Shown in pieces: positions 54,201-61,432 of a DNA stretch of 64,000 nucleotides. Numbering within the stretch: the stretch's first letter is position 1; the number at the start of each line of letters is the position of its first letter. The notes below the pieces were generated by a model. It made no database searches and was not told the DNA's origin. It was given only the letters and a program-made list of their open reading frames with translations. The position numbers and the translations under genes were made by a program. The DNA lies in assembly GCA_934133005.1 (NCBI GenBank), contig CAKPAI010000002.1, forward strand, positions 132,657-196,656. The letters are read 5' to 3'. This stretch comes from an uncultured Clostridia bacterium. GTDB taxonomy: Bacteria; Bacillota; Clostridia; TANB77; CAG-508.

Positions 54201-55753
54201 ACATTAACTTTTGTAGCTGGAGCTTTCTTAGAAGTTTCTGTATTTCCTGTATTATTCTTTACATTCATTTTATTTCCAGCAGTGTCATATAAGTTAATTT
54301 CGTAGCTGTACTTAGAATTTGATTTTAATCCTTCTGGCGATTGATATGTAATACTTCCTCCATTTATAATATTTCTTAATAGTCCAGAAGATATTGAATA
54401 TGTTGCTCCATTTATGATTATTTCACCTTTTGAAATTCCAAAAACTGCTTCATCTTTAATATCTGAACTAATTTTTATATCTTTTATTTCTATTTTATTT
54501 GAGTATCTTTGTCCATTTTCAAAACTTAGTTCTATTGGATTTAATATATCAATCCCTTTTGTAGTTATTTCTTGTTCATATAATGTATTTTCAATTAAGC
54601 TTCCTTCTTTATTTCGATATTGATATTTTGCAACAATTGTATATGTGGTATCTGGTAATAATTTGGTTACACTTACTGTTCCAGATGAAGTTGCAGAAGT
54701 TCTAAATGCAAGTTGTCCATTTTTATAAAAAGCATATGTTACACCCTTCATTACTCTACTTGGATCTTTAATCGACACTTCAGCATATGATGTATATACA
54801 TTAGCTGTAAATTTAGAACTTTCGACTGTAGGTGCAATCCATTTTACTTCCGGAGTAGGTCTGTCATTATTCTTATTATCATCTTCACTTGGAGTTGTTG
54901 GAATTACTTCTGTATTTGTTTCTACATTATTTTCTGGTTTTTGTTCTGTATTATTTTCTGATTCAGTATTTTTTTCAGTATTTGCCTCTACATTATTATT
55001 TTTATCTTCTCTTGGTTTGCTTTCTTTTATAATCTTTAATCCAATTAAAAATTGTTTATATGTATATTCTTTATTATAGTCTTCTAGTTTTATTATAGAA
55101 TTTTCATCAATATCAATTACTTTATTATATATAAACTCATCATTTTTTAATGTGTAGTAAGTTATAAAACTATTTGTAAAATTTATAATACTATTCATTG
55201 GAATTGTATATTCATTAAACATTGTTTTAATTTTGATTTCTTTTGCATTTACATATAAATTATCTTTGTTTTTCATTAAAATATAGTCATAATAATCAGC
55301 TCTTTCAAGAGTATTTGAATTATATAATGCCCCTGATGTAAGAGTAAAACCTGAATATCCCTCTATTTCCTGAAAATCATCAGTTATTAGAGTGACATCA
55401 GAAGATAAGTTATACACAGCTAATGATCCATTTATATATATAGGATAATTCAAATTTATATTATCTTGCTTGCTAGCACCCAAATAATATGAATTCAAAT
55501 TTTGATATATTGAATCCTGCTCACTTACCTTTAACGCCTTTACCGTATTATCTACATTAAATGTTGAATTTAATAAATTACTTGTTATATCTTTTCCAGA
55601 TACTGCATATCCATTATATTCCATCGTCATATATGGTATGAATCTCAAATATATTATATATATAACTAGCAATATTATAATTAAAAAACTTAATAATGTG
55701 ACAAAAAATAATGGTGTCTTTGTCAATTTTCTTTTTGTTCCTCTATTTTTCAT
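45299..55753 (-). CDS. giant surface protein (3484 aa), N- and C-terminally membrane-anchored, FN3-like repeats plus GLUG/beta-helix-like repeat region
   Basis: AGGAG RBS. N-terminal TM (LFFVTLLSFLIIILLVIYIIYL) and C-terminal TM (IGTILISIIVLVIILALIVMY + RKSNR). FN3-like LLPDTTYTIVAKYQY and NTYTIRVFGDFD. The central region has repeated (I/V)(Q/K)NC(Y/S) ... GGI(V/A)G rungs. Confidence 0.8.
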   Translation of the reverse strand: MKNRGTKRKLTKTPLFFVTLLSFLIIILLVIYIIYLRFIPYMTMEYNGYAVSGKDITSNLLNSTFNVDNTVKALKVSEQDSIYQNLNSYYLGASKQDNINLNYPIYINGSLAVYNLSSDVTLITDDFQEIEGYSGFTLTSGALYNSNTLERADYYDYILMKNKDNLYVNAKEIKIKTMFNEYTIPMNSIINFTNSFITYYTLKNDEFIYNKVIDIDENSIIKLEDYNKEYTYKQFLIGLKIIKESKPREDKNNNVEANTEKNTESENNTEQKPENNVETNTEVIPTTPSEDDNKNNDRPTPEVKWIAPTVESSKFTANVYTSYAEVSIKDPSRVMKGVTYAFYKNGQLAFRTSATSSGTVSVTKLLPDTTYTIVAKYQYRNKEGSLIENTLYEQEITTKGIDILNPIELSFENGQRYSNKIEIKDIKISSDIKDEAVFGISKGEIIINGATYSISSGLLRNIINGGSITYQSPEGLKSNSKYSYEINLYDTAGNKMNVKNNTGNTETSKKAPATKVNVNAQNVTSVTINVSLINEDKVTIDNYRYILLSSNGEVVKRDNLEIGDNKLEFSDLDPENTYTIRVFGDFDIGDGNGIKQDQEIGSATFTTLSLSKLGSLKLEVTYDIDNDITSSSANLRTTINTDKTDHRLVNILQNVTMIIRDSKNNEIKSVFMDDINSLKTDGIANLFENLESNTTYKIELKAVAKQGSVEKEIVTSYTTNSFMTNKKTATLQIRNVIATTNLIDMDIYIDDEDGAVADNLTIVRLVDRFSKEYLPTIEVIDENKEEVKSTTKIPTNRWIRLTYEGLTENEIYTFTCEAASYNETNNANKVQNNYQIGKKEFTTSGLGGSIDLIGLQREIADNGKNLIDVSSNNNWYAKTFGVLETEYVLDNDVVNYETRSKYNYGKTYDENSNQITFLSNQCYVYDLGNYVGEKVTLSFKAQYQWKDNNPVATGTPKIYMQLGKGIGRNITELSGITTDNWAEFVQTITVPDDGFVGFYLEDYSQVDIIPGETNEDGEKITDDEEVINQKDYYLKVKDLQAEKGNSATSYEKYKYTFYANMDVKFIDEKHVTFDESANSCKYYIKITSKNSSNQTKVQEFDYNYDSVTMIEEVKKYIIEESGNDTIDYTVELIIRQYSREYVLSQVTFEYDVNAKTEIKSISTIDEFLEIQPNGNYILLNDIDLSNAGGATSYTFGNPNITFNGTIDFNGKTITKDTYSLTTKREVTSYIFYKLGAEADLKNIVIDYSLNSVSPKMTVTVVGDKIVEVPAAKEDGYYSLFLYNEGNIDNVIVRLKKATQKARANVALLGYDNSGKIDNFIIDYEVPLYASQYIAGVCLYSHGTIQNGYIYGQGIETYGDIAAYDYRYIGGVAVQLDGNNGLMQNIFNTTTIKINHTSGTYSYAGNIVYDLGYPPVTNNLGQIISRPSCSATIRNVYSVMSIITAYEDFEYSGELDAENKEQYLGPSILNKNAGTNVNDCYYFCEVMYDDSDYNTKTASTGLYEPGVQEVILNANSYKNFTVENLVSNGYYPQLKLNYCMPKQDNVKIDITGNEIIDILSGSVIENNDISSLDITDKVRNEINSYITLNNVDLTDENTKLVSFRVYNPAGTTISVIDVDYLDEVILSQSYSKRVSTVYMLLNNPTSFLDTYNVSKIQSKQANGVIKTSVYGENEAMGTRYIDVRFVKKIANEKDWTNIDQTDENGVSGLIQNYRLVNDLNFADSEYSPYITGTFTGYLDGEYEGKVHTINNISGTESLFAGFAEGEIKNLNINNFTINTNSQYAGMIARADMTDNILIDNVSISNMEMNVSYNKDNGKYGGIVGSISSGSSNPADSIKVQNCSVQGFDLTFNSPNSLYIDAGGIVGNLYAFGGVTTYIQNCYVQNYNVEATSVTQVDGIGGIVGYKRHDSDERVKAGSPVFYIQNCYTTGRINTFTNAGGILGFGKYGSCYVKNCYSLINLNTKTTSGNIYFGGIAGYSDTGASGVQNCLFLGNIYIAGNTGIYNFNRILGNNGGTTSYNNYAYADQLMSGEKKTDLYGATKLLKDNEIFTDNTFANLLKFDDNFARTIVQNGQEMNLLNNRYFPQLMNTSKSGLLANQKLITLDNDLKLYSITSTPSEDKTNVTVEMKFENPNDLSLTGVTIEDNDMSVVDGSWTTSKEEGTGLTIAKFVATPNKAFESYKIENIIYTRDGTNFVQKEISTKIKVTLYKGISNADEWNDFFENSGKNYIGQNVRITGDIDFSTVDHIVTNVVIGRLEGSTEYSFKNVNISVGDSSGLIKEIKTNCENIHFKDSKITCTGNYSGIISILRGEMKDCTFDNITIEGGKNYVGVVSRAVSGRFNNITLNRMNVTGESYVGSLCGYTASLGSTSNIKGTYLQVTASGDYAGGIFGSTQNTINGVYAYQYSENGKKDSDEETDYLIKGRSIIGGAIGEYGGSGSTFYNSKVSNSIILGTGNYVGANCGNGASSTNNMVSTNNIILGANYVGGNNGQQGGWSGISATSENNIIIATNNLNKVSDYKTKSATGSYVGGNYGNTGWSSVSNPVSRNNYIKGLDYVAGNVGRLNNNNATLNNSLSTGTNQEIIGRNYVSGSVGWTNGRIKELKVENCQVTASGNYVGGAVGYNEYTNTSISTSNNSNYSTAGAYVSNVTIIGSGYVGGIAGYERGTIHGGAVTNNTTVTGRGNYVGGIVGYYTGYVGTSANSIKSSNYYLWHSYIEDSYVKGANYVGGIAGGSQVGNIQYCYAVNTDVTATGEGAGGIVGYFDNSKLNNLQYKATIKYNYIANSDETINISAKSSAGGLIGEIYKEINYDPDVEKYNIIECNLIATDVISTSSKYADMGIASIKNSDYGLFQAKYMNNIYIYNGSNLQNQLLATKTQVSGIVEENENYKMITSDELKVVSNYTKNVRIYEDEYEYEYDEEGNIIGSTVIGQVAVGNEGLNFGTGRYNYKSGYFPTLKPNYSAQTYWSEMGVTIKEFAIPERTITYSEATIRLFSEQLASEATLANLMLLDDEIMPVAYYEDDQLEEDLPQVYVYTVGADKINIEFSKANTSATFSVTSNGEIISEKQKINQRVYTFEYDFKSPFTIRITNANYWDTKDFEADDIRNMLAISNDEYFYLSDGSLNSNKRTIKGTFTNLYESEVLDSNGNVYDLSSMKNIRNVSGMKLLDNITPITESTYLGKKVQTFYHCTKVTEEDGTNVFKDGQIFIKKGTMYVIDGKFSNVGTSVVIDSYNNKQYESTLGTDGKIYNLLTDIKYPVNFKNEKIIQMTNNLNNDSEIVLIYSATGNVYGFNYITGEEIYDNGVNNESTNFVSYLLNGLSLENLSYKIDEKDYKEAQELVQKLEKKSIADATSEIELKQNTENSETGNSGNSNNTMTETNTTGEKPSNSNQSSNNNASAGYVTAYDSNSQNYVVYSANELLDTTTSTITTENAKINKSQELTNYYNNISTGKKTMQNIGTILISIIVLVIILALIVMYRKSNR

Positions 55754-55965
55754 TTTATTACTCCTATGTTTTATATAATTTTCCTTCTAAAATTTTAACA
55801 CAAGCAAAATAAAAAGGCAATAAAAATTACCCTATTTTTTCAATTTCCGTAAGGTAAAATTATACCAAATGAAACATGTTTTTACATAAATTTATATTAT
55901 TCATATTTTTATAATTTAAGCATATATTATTGTATGCTTGTACACTTTTTGAAAGGACTATTATT

Positions 55966-57075
55966 ATGATAGTTTTAAATTTTAGAAAAAAAATCAATAA
56001 ATTTTTTATATGTTGTATTTTTTTAGTTTTGCTATGTATCTTATGCTCACATCTTTCTAACTATATCACCTCTTTCAATGAGACTAGTATAAACTATATC
56101 CCAATTTCAAATTACATTCTTGCTTCATCCCTTCCAGCAATGGAACAAGTATCTTTTGATCAATCCATTTCCGACGCAAATAATAATTTTCTTTACTCTG
56201 TTTTAAATTTGCAACTTCCGATTTTAAATTCACTAAATTACATTGCTGAAATGGATGAAAATGATGAAGATCTGCTTACTCAGGAAAGTCAAAATTTAGA
56301 ATCAAAACATGCAGAAGTTGGTGCAAACACTCAAGTTGTTGAAACCAATGTTCCAAATACATATACCGATAGTAACAATGGAGTTTTTATAAAAAATGGA
56401 ACAAACTATGAAATTTCACAAGACATTTGGGATACTTCAAACTTAAATATAAATAAAAATGATATAATTATTTTTCATTCTCATACTTGTGAAAGTTATA
56501 CTCCAACAGAAAATTATAGTTATGATGAATCTGGAAATTTTAGGACTACTGACTTAAACTATTCTGTTGCAAAAGTAGGTTCTGTACTCTCTGACCAACT
56601 GCTTTCTTATGGTTTTAATGTAACACATGATACAACTTATCACGATTACCCAAATTATTCAGGTTCTTATGGCCGTTCAATGGCAACTGTTGAAAATGTT
56701 CTCCTTTCTCATAGTGGAACTGACATAATAATTGATTTACATAGAGATGCAATTGCAGATTCAAGCTATGCCCCATCTGTTATAATTGGCGAGGAAAAAG
56801 TTGCACAACTCATGTTTGTTATTGGAACAGACGGCGGTGGACTAGAACATCCTAACTGGAAAAACAATTTAAAATTTGCAATAGCAATTCAACAAAAAGC
56901 AAATGAATTATACCCAGGACTATTTCGTTCAATATTACTTAGAAATAGCAGATACAACCAACAACTTGGAAATGCAGCTTGTATAATTGAAGTGGGTGCT
57001 ACTGGAAATACTTTAGAAGAATCTATGGGAGCCATGAAATATTTAGCATTAGTGCTAAATTCAGTGCTACACTAG
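55966..57075 (+). CDS. spoIIP: stage II sporulation protein P (SpoIIP-family amidase/peptidase)
   Basis: ORF from 55930. The AAAGGA-supported ATG at 55966 gives a signal-anchor (MIVLNFRKKINKFFICCIFLVLL). SpoIIP motifs are present (FHSHTCESYTP, IIDLHRDA, IIEVGATGNT). Confidence 0.75.
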   Translation: MIVLNFRKKINKFFICCIFLVLLCILCSHLSNYITSFNETSINYIPISNYILASSLPAMEQVSFDQSISDANNNFLYSVLNLQLPILNSLNYIAEMDENDEDLLTQESQNLESKHAEVGANTQVVETNVPNTYTDSNNGVFIKNGTNYEISQDIWDTSNLNINKNDIIIFHSHTCESYTPTENYSYDESGNFRTTDLNYSVAKVGSVLSDQLLSYGFNVTHDTTYHDYPNYSGSYGRSMATVENVLLSHSGTDIIIDLHRDAIADSSYAPSVIIGEEKVAQLMFVIGTDGGGLEHPNWKNNLKFAIAIQQKANELYPGLFRSILLRNSRYNQQLGNAACIIEVGATGNTLEESMGAMKYLALVLNSVLH

Positions 57076-57093
57076 TTGAAGATAATTGTATTA

Positions 57094-57183
57094 GAAAAGT
57101 ACTTATAGAATTTTAAAATATAGACCTATTCTGAACGAGTTCATCTTTAGCGGTCATATTTGTAAAATTTATAAGTACTTTTC
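57094..57183. terminator. large inverted-repeat structure between convergent spoIIP and hisS (likely bidirectional terminator)
   Basis: 13-bp perfect inverted repeat GAAAAGTACTTAT / ATAAGTACTTTTC flanks a 64-nt core with nested GACC...GGTC and GAACGAGTTC palindromes. Confidence 0.4.
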
Positions 57184-57221
57184 TTCAATATATTTTACCT
57201 GTTTTGATAGCTTTTAATTTT

Positions 57222-58532
57222 TTATTTTATTAATGCTTTAATCTCTTTTGTATCAAAGCTTGCATCCTTTTCTTCCCCTGTTTCCATGTTTTTTACTTTT
57301 AGTTTATTAGCTTGTACTTCGTTTTCGCCAACTACTATTACATAAGGAATTTTTAATCTATCGGCATATTTCATTTTTGCTTTTATTTTTTTGTCATTTA
57401 AGTAAATTTCTGTATTTATTCCAGCATTTCTTAAATTTGTTCCTAAAGCAATTGCTTCTTTCATATCATCCATCATTGGAACTATTAGTACATCTGCTAC
57501 CGATTTTTTAGTAGCTTTTATTAGCCCTAATTCATTTAATTTATAGAATAAACGAGTTAAACCTATTGATATTCCTACACCTGGAAGCTTTTTATCTGTA
57601 TAATTTTCAGCTAGATTTTCATATCTTCCACCTGAACATACGCTTCCAAGTTCTCTATACTCATTTAAGAAAGTTTCATAAACTGTTCCTGTATAGTAAT
57701 CAAGACCTCTTGCTATTGTAAAATCAACAGTAATGTTTTCTTCTGGCAAACCAAACATACGAATATATTTTATAACATCTTTTAATTCATTTACACCTTT
57801 TTGATAAGTTTCATTTTTAATATTCATTTCGTCTAGTTTTGCAAGCTTTTCATCAGTTGTTCCTTCTATTTTTATAAAGCTTACTAGCTTGTCTACTATT
57901 TCGTTTGAAACACCTAGTTCAGAAATTTCTTTTCTTACTTTTTCTTCTCCAATTTTATCTATTTTATCAATAATTCTCATTATATCAACAGAATTTTCTT
58001 TTTGACCTAAGCCTTCATATAATCCGTTTAATATTTTTCTATTATTAATTTTTATAGTAAAATTGCTAAATCCTAAATTTTTAAATGTTGTGCTAATTAC
58101 AACTGGAAGCTCAGCATCATGTATTATAGATAGCTCTCCATCTCCAATAATATCAATGTCACATTGATAAAATTCTCTATATCTACCTTTTTGAGCTTTT
58201 TCGCCTCTATAAACTTTTCCTATTTGATACCTTCTAAATGGAAAACTTAAATCGTTGTAATTTTTAGCTACAAATTTTGCAAGTGGTACAGTCAAGTCAA
58301 ATCTTAAAGATAAATCTGTTTCACCTTTATTAAATCTGTATATTTGCTTTTCTGTTTCGCCACCGGCTTTTGCAAGTAGAACTTCTGATAGTTCAATTAC
58401 AGGTGTATCTATTGGCAAAAATCCAAATTTTTGGTAACTTTCTTCTATAGTTTTTTTCATTTGATTGAACAATATTTGTTCATTAGGAAGTAGTTCCATA
58501 AATCCTGGCAATGTTCTTGGTTCTGTTTTCAT
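57222..58532 (-). CDS. hisS: histidine--tRNA ligase
   Basis: 436 aa. Class IIa motifs (GRYREFYQCDIDIIG) and a C-terminal anticodon-binding domain (KYADRLKIPYVIVVGENE). Conserved relA-MBL-hisS neighbourhood. Confidence 0.8.
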   Translation of the reverse strand: MKTEPRTLPGFMELLPNEQILFNQMKKTIEESYQKFGFLPIDTPVIELSEVLLAKAGGETEKQIYRFNKGETDLSLRFDLTVPLAKFVAKNYNDLSFPFRRYQIGKVYRGEKAQKGRYREFYQCDIDIIGDGELSIIHDAELPVVISTTFKNLGFSNFTIKINNRKILNGLYEGLGQKENSVDIMRIIDKIDKIGEEKVRKEISELGVSNEIVDKLVSFIKIEGTTDEKLAKLDEMNIKNETYQKGVNELKDVIKYIRMFGLPEENITVDFTIARGLDYYTGTVYETFLNEYRELGSVCSGGRYENLAENYTDKKLPGVGISIGLTRLFYKLNELGLIKATKKSVADVLIVPMMDDMKEAIALGTNLRNAGINTEIYLNDKKIKAKMKYADRLKIPYVIVVGENEVQANKLKVKNMETGEEKDASFDTKEIKALIK

Positions 58533-58547
58533 TTTTTATTTCCTTTC

Positions 58548-59195
58548 TTAAAATTCTCTTGGTTTTAATTCTAAATAAATCGGTTTTTCCTCTTTTATTT
58601 CGGTTGGCTTGCCATGTCCTGGATATACAATAGTCTCATCAGGTAATTTCAATAGCTTGTTTGTTATTGAATCTATTATACTCACAAAAGAACTAGTTGG
58701 AAGATCAGTTCTTCCCCAAGTTCCCCTAAATAATGTATCTCCAGAAAATAATAGTCCTTCTTCTTTACAATACAAACTACTGCTTCCTATTGTATGACCA
58801 GGAGTTGCAATAATATCAAATTCTAAGTCTCCAATATGAATTTTATCTCCATCATCAACTCTTGAATCCGCTTCTAATTCAATATCTCCCATATTTATAC
58901 ATTCACTTAAATTTATATCTTCATTATAAAGTCCTTCAGCATCAGCTCTTAAAATCAGTATCTTTCCACCCTTTGCTTTTTTTAATTCAGTTACTGCTCC
59001 AATATGATCAGCATGACAATGTGTTAAATAAATATATTTTAGCCTTGCCTCTAATATATCTAGCATTTCTATTATTTTTTCTGGTTCTCCACCAGGATCA
59101 ATCACCATTGTCTCTTTTGAAATTTCATCTTCTACTATATAACAGTTCGTAGGTTCTCCTAAAGCTGTTTCAACCTTTAATATTTTTAATATCAT
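58548..59195 (-). CDS. MBL-fold metallo-hydrolase
   Basis: HCHADH motif (THCHADHIGAV), 215 aa. Conserved position between rel and hisS. Confidence 0.8.
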   Translation of the reverse strand: MILKILKVETALGEPTNCYIVEDEISKETMVIDPGGEPEKIIEMLDILEARLKYIYLTHCHADHIGAVTELKKAKGGKILILRADAEGLYNEDINLSECINMGDIELEADSRVDDGDKIHIGDLEFDIIATPGHTIGSSSLYCKEEGLLFSGDTLFRGTWGRTDLPTSSFVSIIDSITNKLLKLPDETIVYPGHGKPTEIKEEKPIYLELKPREF

Positions 59196-59205
59196 CTTTT
59201 GCCTC

Positions 59206-61407
59206 TTATTTATTTCTTCTTACTTCGTACACGCTATCAACTTTTCTTAATTGTTTTATTACATCATTTAATCTTGAAATATCACTTACCTCTATAGTTA
59301 ATTCTGTAATAACAATTCTTTCTTTTGAAACTCTTGAATTTACATTAATCATTGGTATTTTTTCAGTTGTTACAGCATTTATTATATCTGCAAGTAATCC
59401 ATCTCTATCATTTGAAAGTATTGTAATATCAACATTGTAACTTGATGGTTTATCTGTATACCAAGCAACATCAATCATTCTTCCTTGCTCTGTACCAAAC
59501 AAGTCGCCTATATTTTTGCAATCTTTACGATGAACAGAAACGCCTCTTCCTTTTGTAATGTAACCAACAATTTCATCGCCTGGTACAGGGTTACAACATT
59601 TAGAAAGTTTTACTAGGCAGTTATCTATTCCTTTAACTATTACTCCACTATTAGATGGTTTAATTGTATTTTTCTTTTCTTTTGAAAGCTCTGCTATTTT
59701 TTGTTCAATATTTTCTTCTTTATGATCTTTTCTATATTCTTCTAATAATTTGGAAATTATTTTATTAGCAGTTATAGCTCCAAATCCTAAAGCTGAATAC
59801 ATATCATCCTCAGTTTGATAATTATATCTTGCCATTGCAACTTTTAAATATTCATCTTTTAAAAGCTCTTGATGACTTCCACCTAATTTTTTAACTTCTT
59901 TTTCAAGAATTTCTTTTCCTTTTATAATGTTATCTTCACGTTCGTTTTTCTTAAACCAACGTTGAATTCTTGTTTTTGCAGTTGTACTTTTAACAAATTT
60001 TAACCAATCTCTACTTGGTCCTTTTGAATTGTCTGATGTCATTATTTCAATAATATCACCATTTTTAAGGGATGTAACAATTGGCATCATTTTGCTATTT
60101 ATTTTGCAACCCGTCATTTTGTTTCCAACTTCTTCATGTATGCTGTATGCAAAGTCTATTGGTGTTGCTCCCCTTGGTAGTACTAAAATTTTTCCTTTTG
60201 GAGTAAACACATAAACTTCATCTTCAAATAATTCTGTTTTTAATGTATTTAAAAACTCTTGTGGGTCTTCTATATCTTTTTGCCATTCCAAAGTTTCTCT
60301 TAACCATGAAAGCTTATCTTCAGATACTTTTACGTTTGCCTTTTTTCCGCCCATGAAGCTTGCTTCTTTGTAAGCCCAATGCGCAGCAATACCAAATTCT
60401 GCAATTCTATGCATATCCCATGTACGAATTTGAACTTCAAATGGAGTTCCTTTTGGTCCAATTAAAGTTGTATGTAATGATTGGTACATGTTTGGCTTTG
60501 GCACAGATATATAATCTTTAAATCTTCCTGGCATTGGATTATATAATTCATGAACTACACCTAAAGCTGCATAACAATCTTTTACTGAATTTACAATTAT
60601 TCTTAATGCAAATAAATCATATATTTGGTCAAGAGTTTTATTATCTCTTTGCATTTTTCTATATATACTATATAAATGTTTTGCACGACCTGTAATTTCG
60701 GCATCAATTTTTTGTTTTTTTAATTGGACTCTTATTTCATCTATAATTTGGTCAATAAATTTTAATCTTTCTTCACGCTTTTTATTTATTCCTTCAACTA
60801 GTTCTCTGTAATCTTCTGGATATAAATATTTGAAAGATAGATCTTCAAGCTCCCATTTTAATGTGTACATACCAAGTCTATTTGCAAGTGGTGCATACAA
60901 ATCCATTGTTTCTCTTGCATTTGCAATTTGTCTATCTCTTGTTAAAAATTTAAGAGTTCTCATGTTATGAAGTCTATCTGCAAGTTTTATCATAATTACT
61001 CTTATGTCTTTTCCCATTGCCAAGAACATTTTTCTGTAATTTTCAACCTGTTCTTCTTCTTTACTTGTATAATTTAACTTTCCAAGCTTAGTAACACCAT
61101 CAACCATTTCAGCAATTTCTTCTGAAAATGTTTTTGCAAGTTCTTCTCTAGTTACTTCTGTATCCTCTACAACATCATGTAAAAGGGCTGCAGATATTGT
61201 GCTTTCATCAAGTCCAAGCTCTGCTAAAGTGTAAGCTACTTGCACTGGATGAATTATATATGGTTCTCCTGAACGTCTTAATTGGTCACCATGTTTTTCT
61301 TTTGCAAAATCATAAGCTTTTCTTATTTTTTTTAAATCAGCTCTTCTATTCATTTTTTTAGCTGTTTCTAATACCTCTTCTATTGTATGATTTATAACTT
61401 CTGACAA
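59206..61407 (-). CDS. rel: bifunctional (p)ppGpp synthetase/hydrolase Rel
   Basis: 733 aa. HD domain (HDVVEDT), synthetase motifs (GRAKHLYSIYRKM, EVQIRTWDMH), TGS and ACT regions. Confidence 0.92.
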   Translation of the reverse strand: MSEVINHTIEEVLETAKKMNRRADLKKIRKAYDFAKEKHGDQLRRSGEPYIIHPVQVAYTLAELGLDESTISAALLHDVVEDTEVTREELAKTFSEEIAEMVDGVTKLGKLNYTSKEEEQVENYRKMFLAMGKDIRVIMIKLADRLHNMRTLKFLTRDRQIANARETMDLYAPLANRLGMYTLKWELEDLSFKYLYPEDYRELVEGINKKREERLKFIDQIIDEIRVQLKKQKIDAEITGRAKHLYSIYRKMQRDNKTLDQIYDLFALRIIVNSVKDCYAALGVVHELYNPMPGRFKDYISVPKPNMYQSLHTTLIGPKGTPFEVQIRTWDMHRIAEFGIAAHWAYKEASFMGGKKANVKVSEDKLSWLRETLEWQKDIEDPQEFLNTLKTELFEDEVYVFTPKGKILVLPRGATPIDFAYSIHEEVGNKMTGCKINSKMMPIVTSLKNGDIIEIMTSDNSKGPSRDWLKFVKSTTAKTRIQRWFKKNEREDNIIKGKEILEKEVKKLGGSHQELLKDEYLKVAMARYNYQTEDDMYSALGFGAITANKIISKLLEEYRKDHKEENIEQKIAELSKEKKNTIKPSNSGVIVKGIDNCLVKLSKCCNPVPGDEIVGYITKGRGVSVHRKDCKNIGDLFGTEQGRMIDVAWYTDKPSSYNVDITILSNDRDGLLADIINAVTTEKIPMINVNSRVSKERIVITELTIEVSDISRLNDVIKQLRKVDSVYEVRRNK

Positions 61408-61432
61408 CTTTAACCAGCCCCTTTCACTGTTA

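Noticed and set aside
57222-58532. HisZ (ATP phosphoribosyltransferase regulatory subunit) instead of HisRS
   Set aside because: A C-terminal anticodon-binding domain is present and the rel-MBL-hisS context is conserved. HisRS is favoured.
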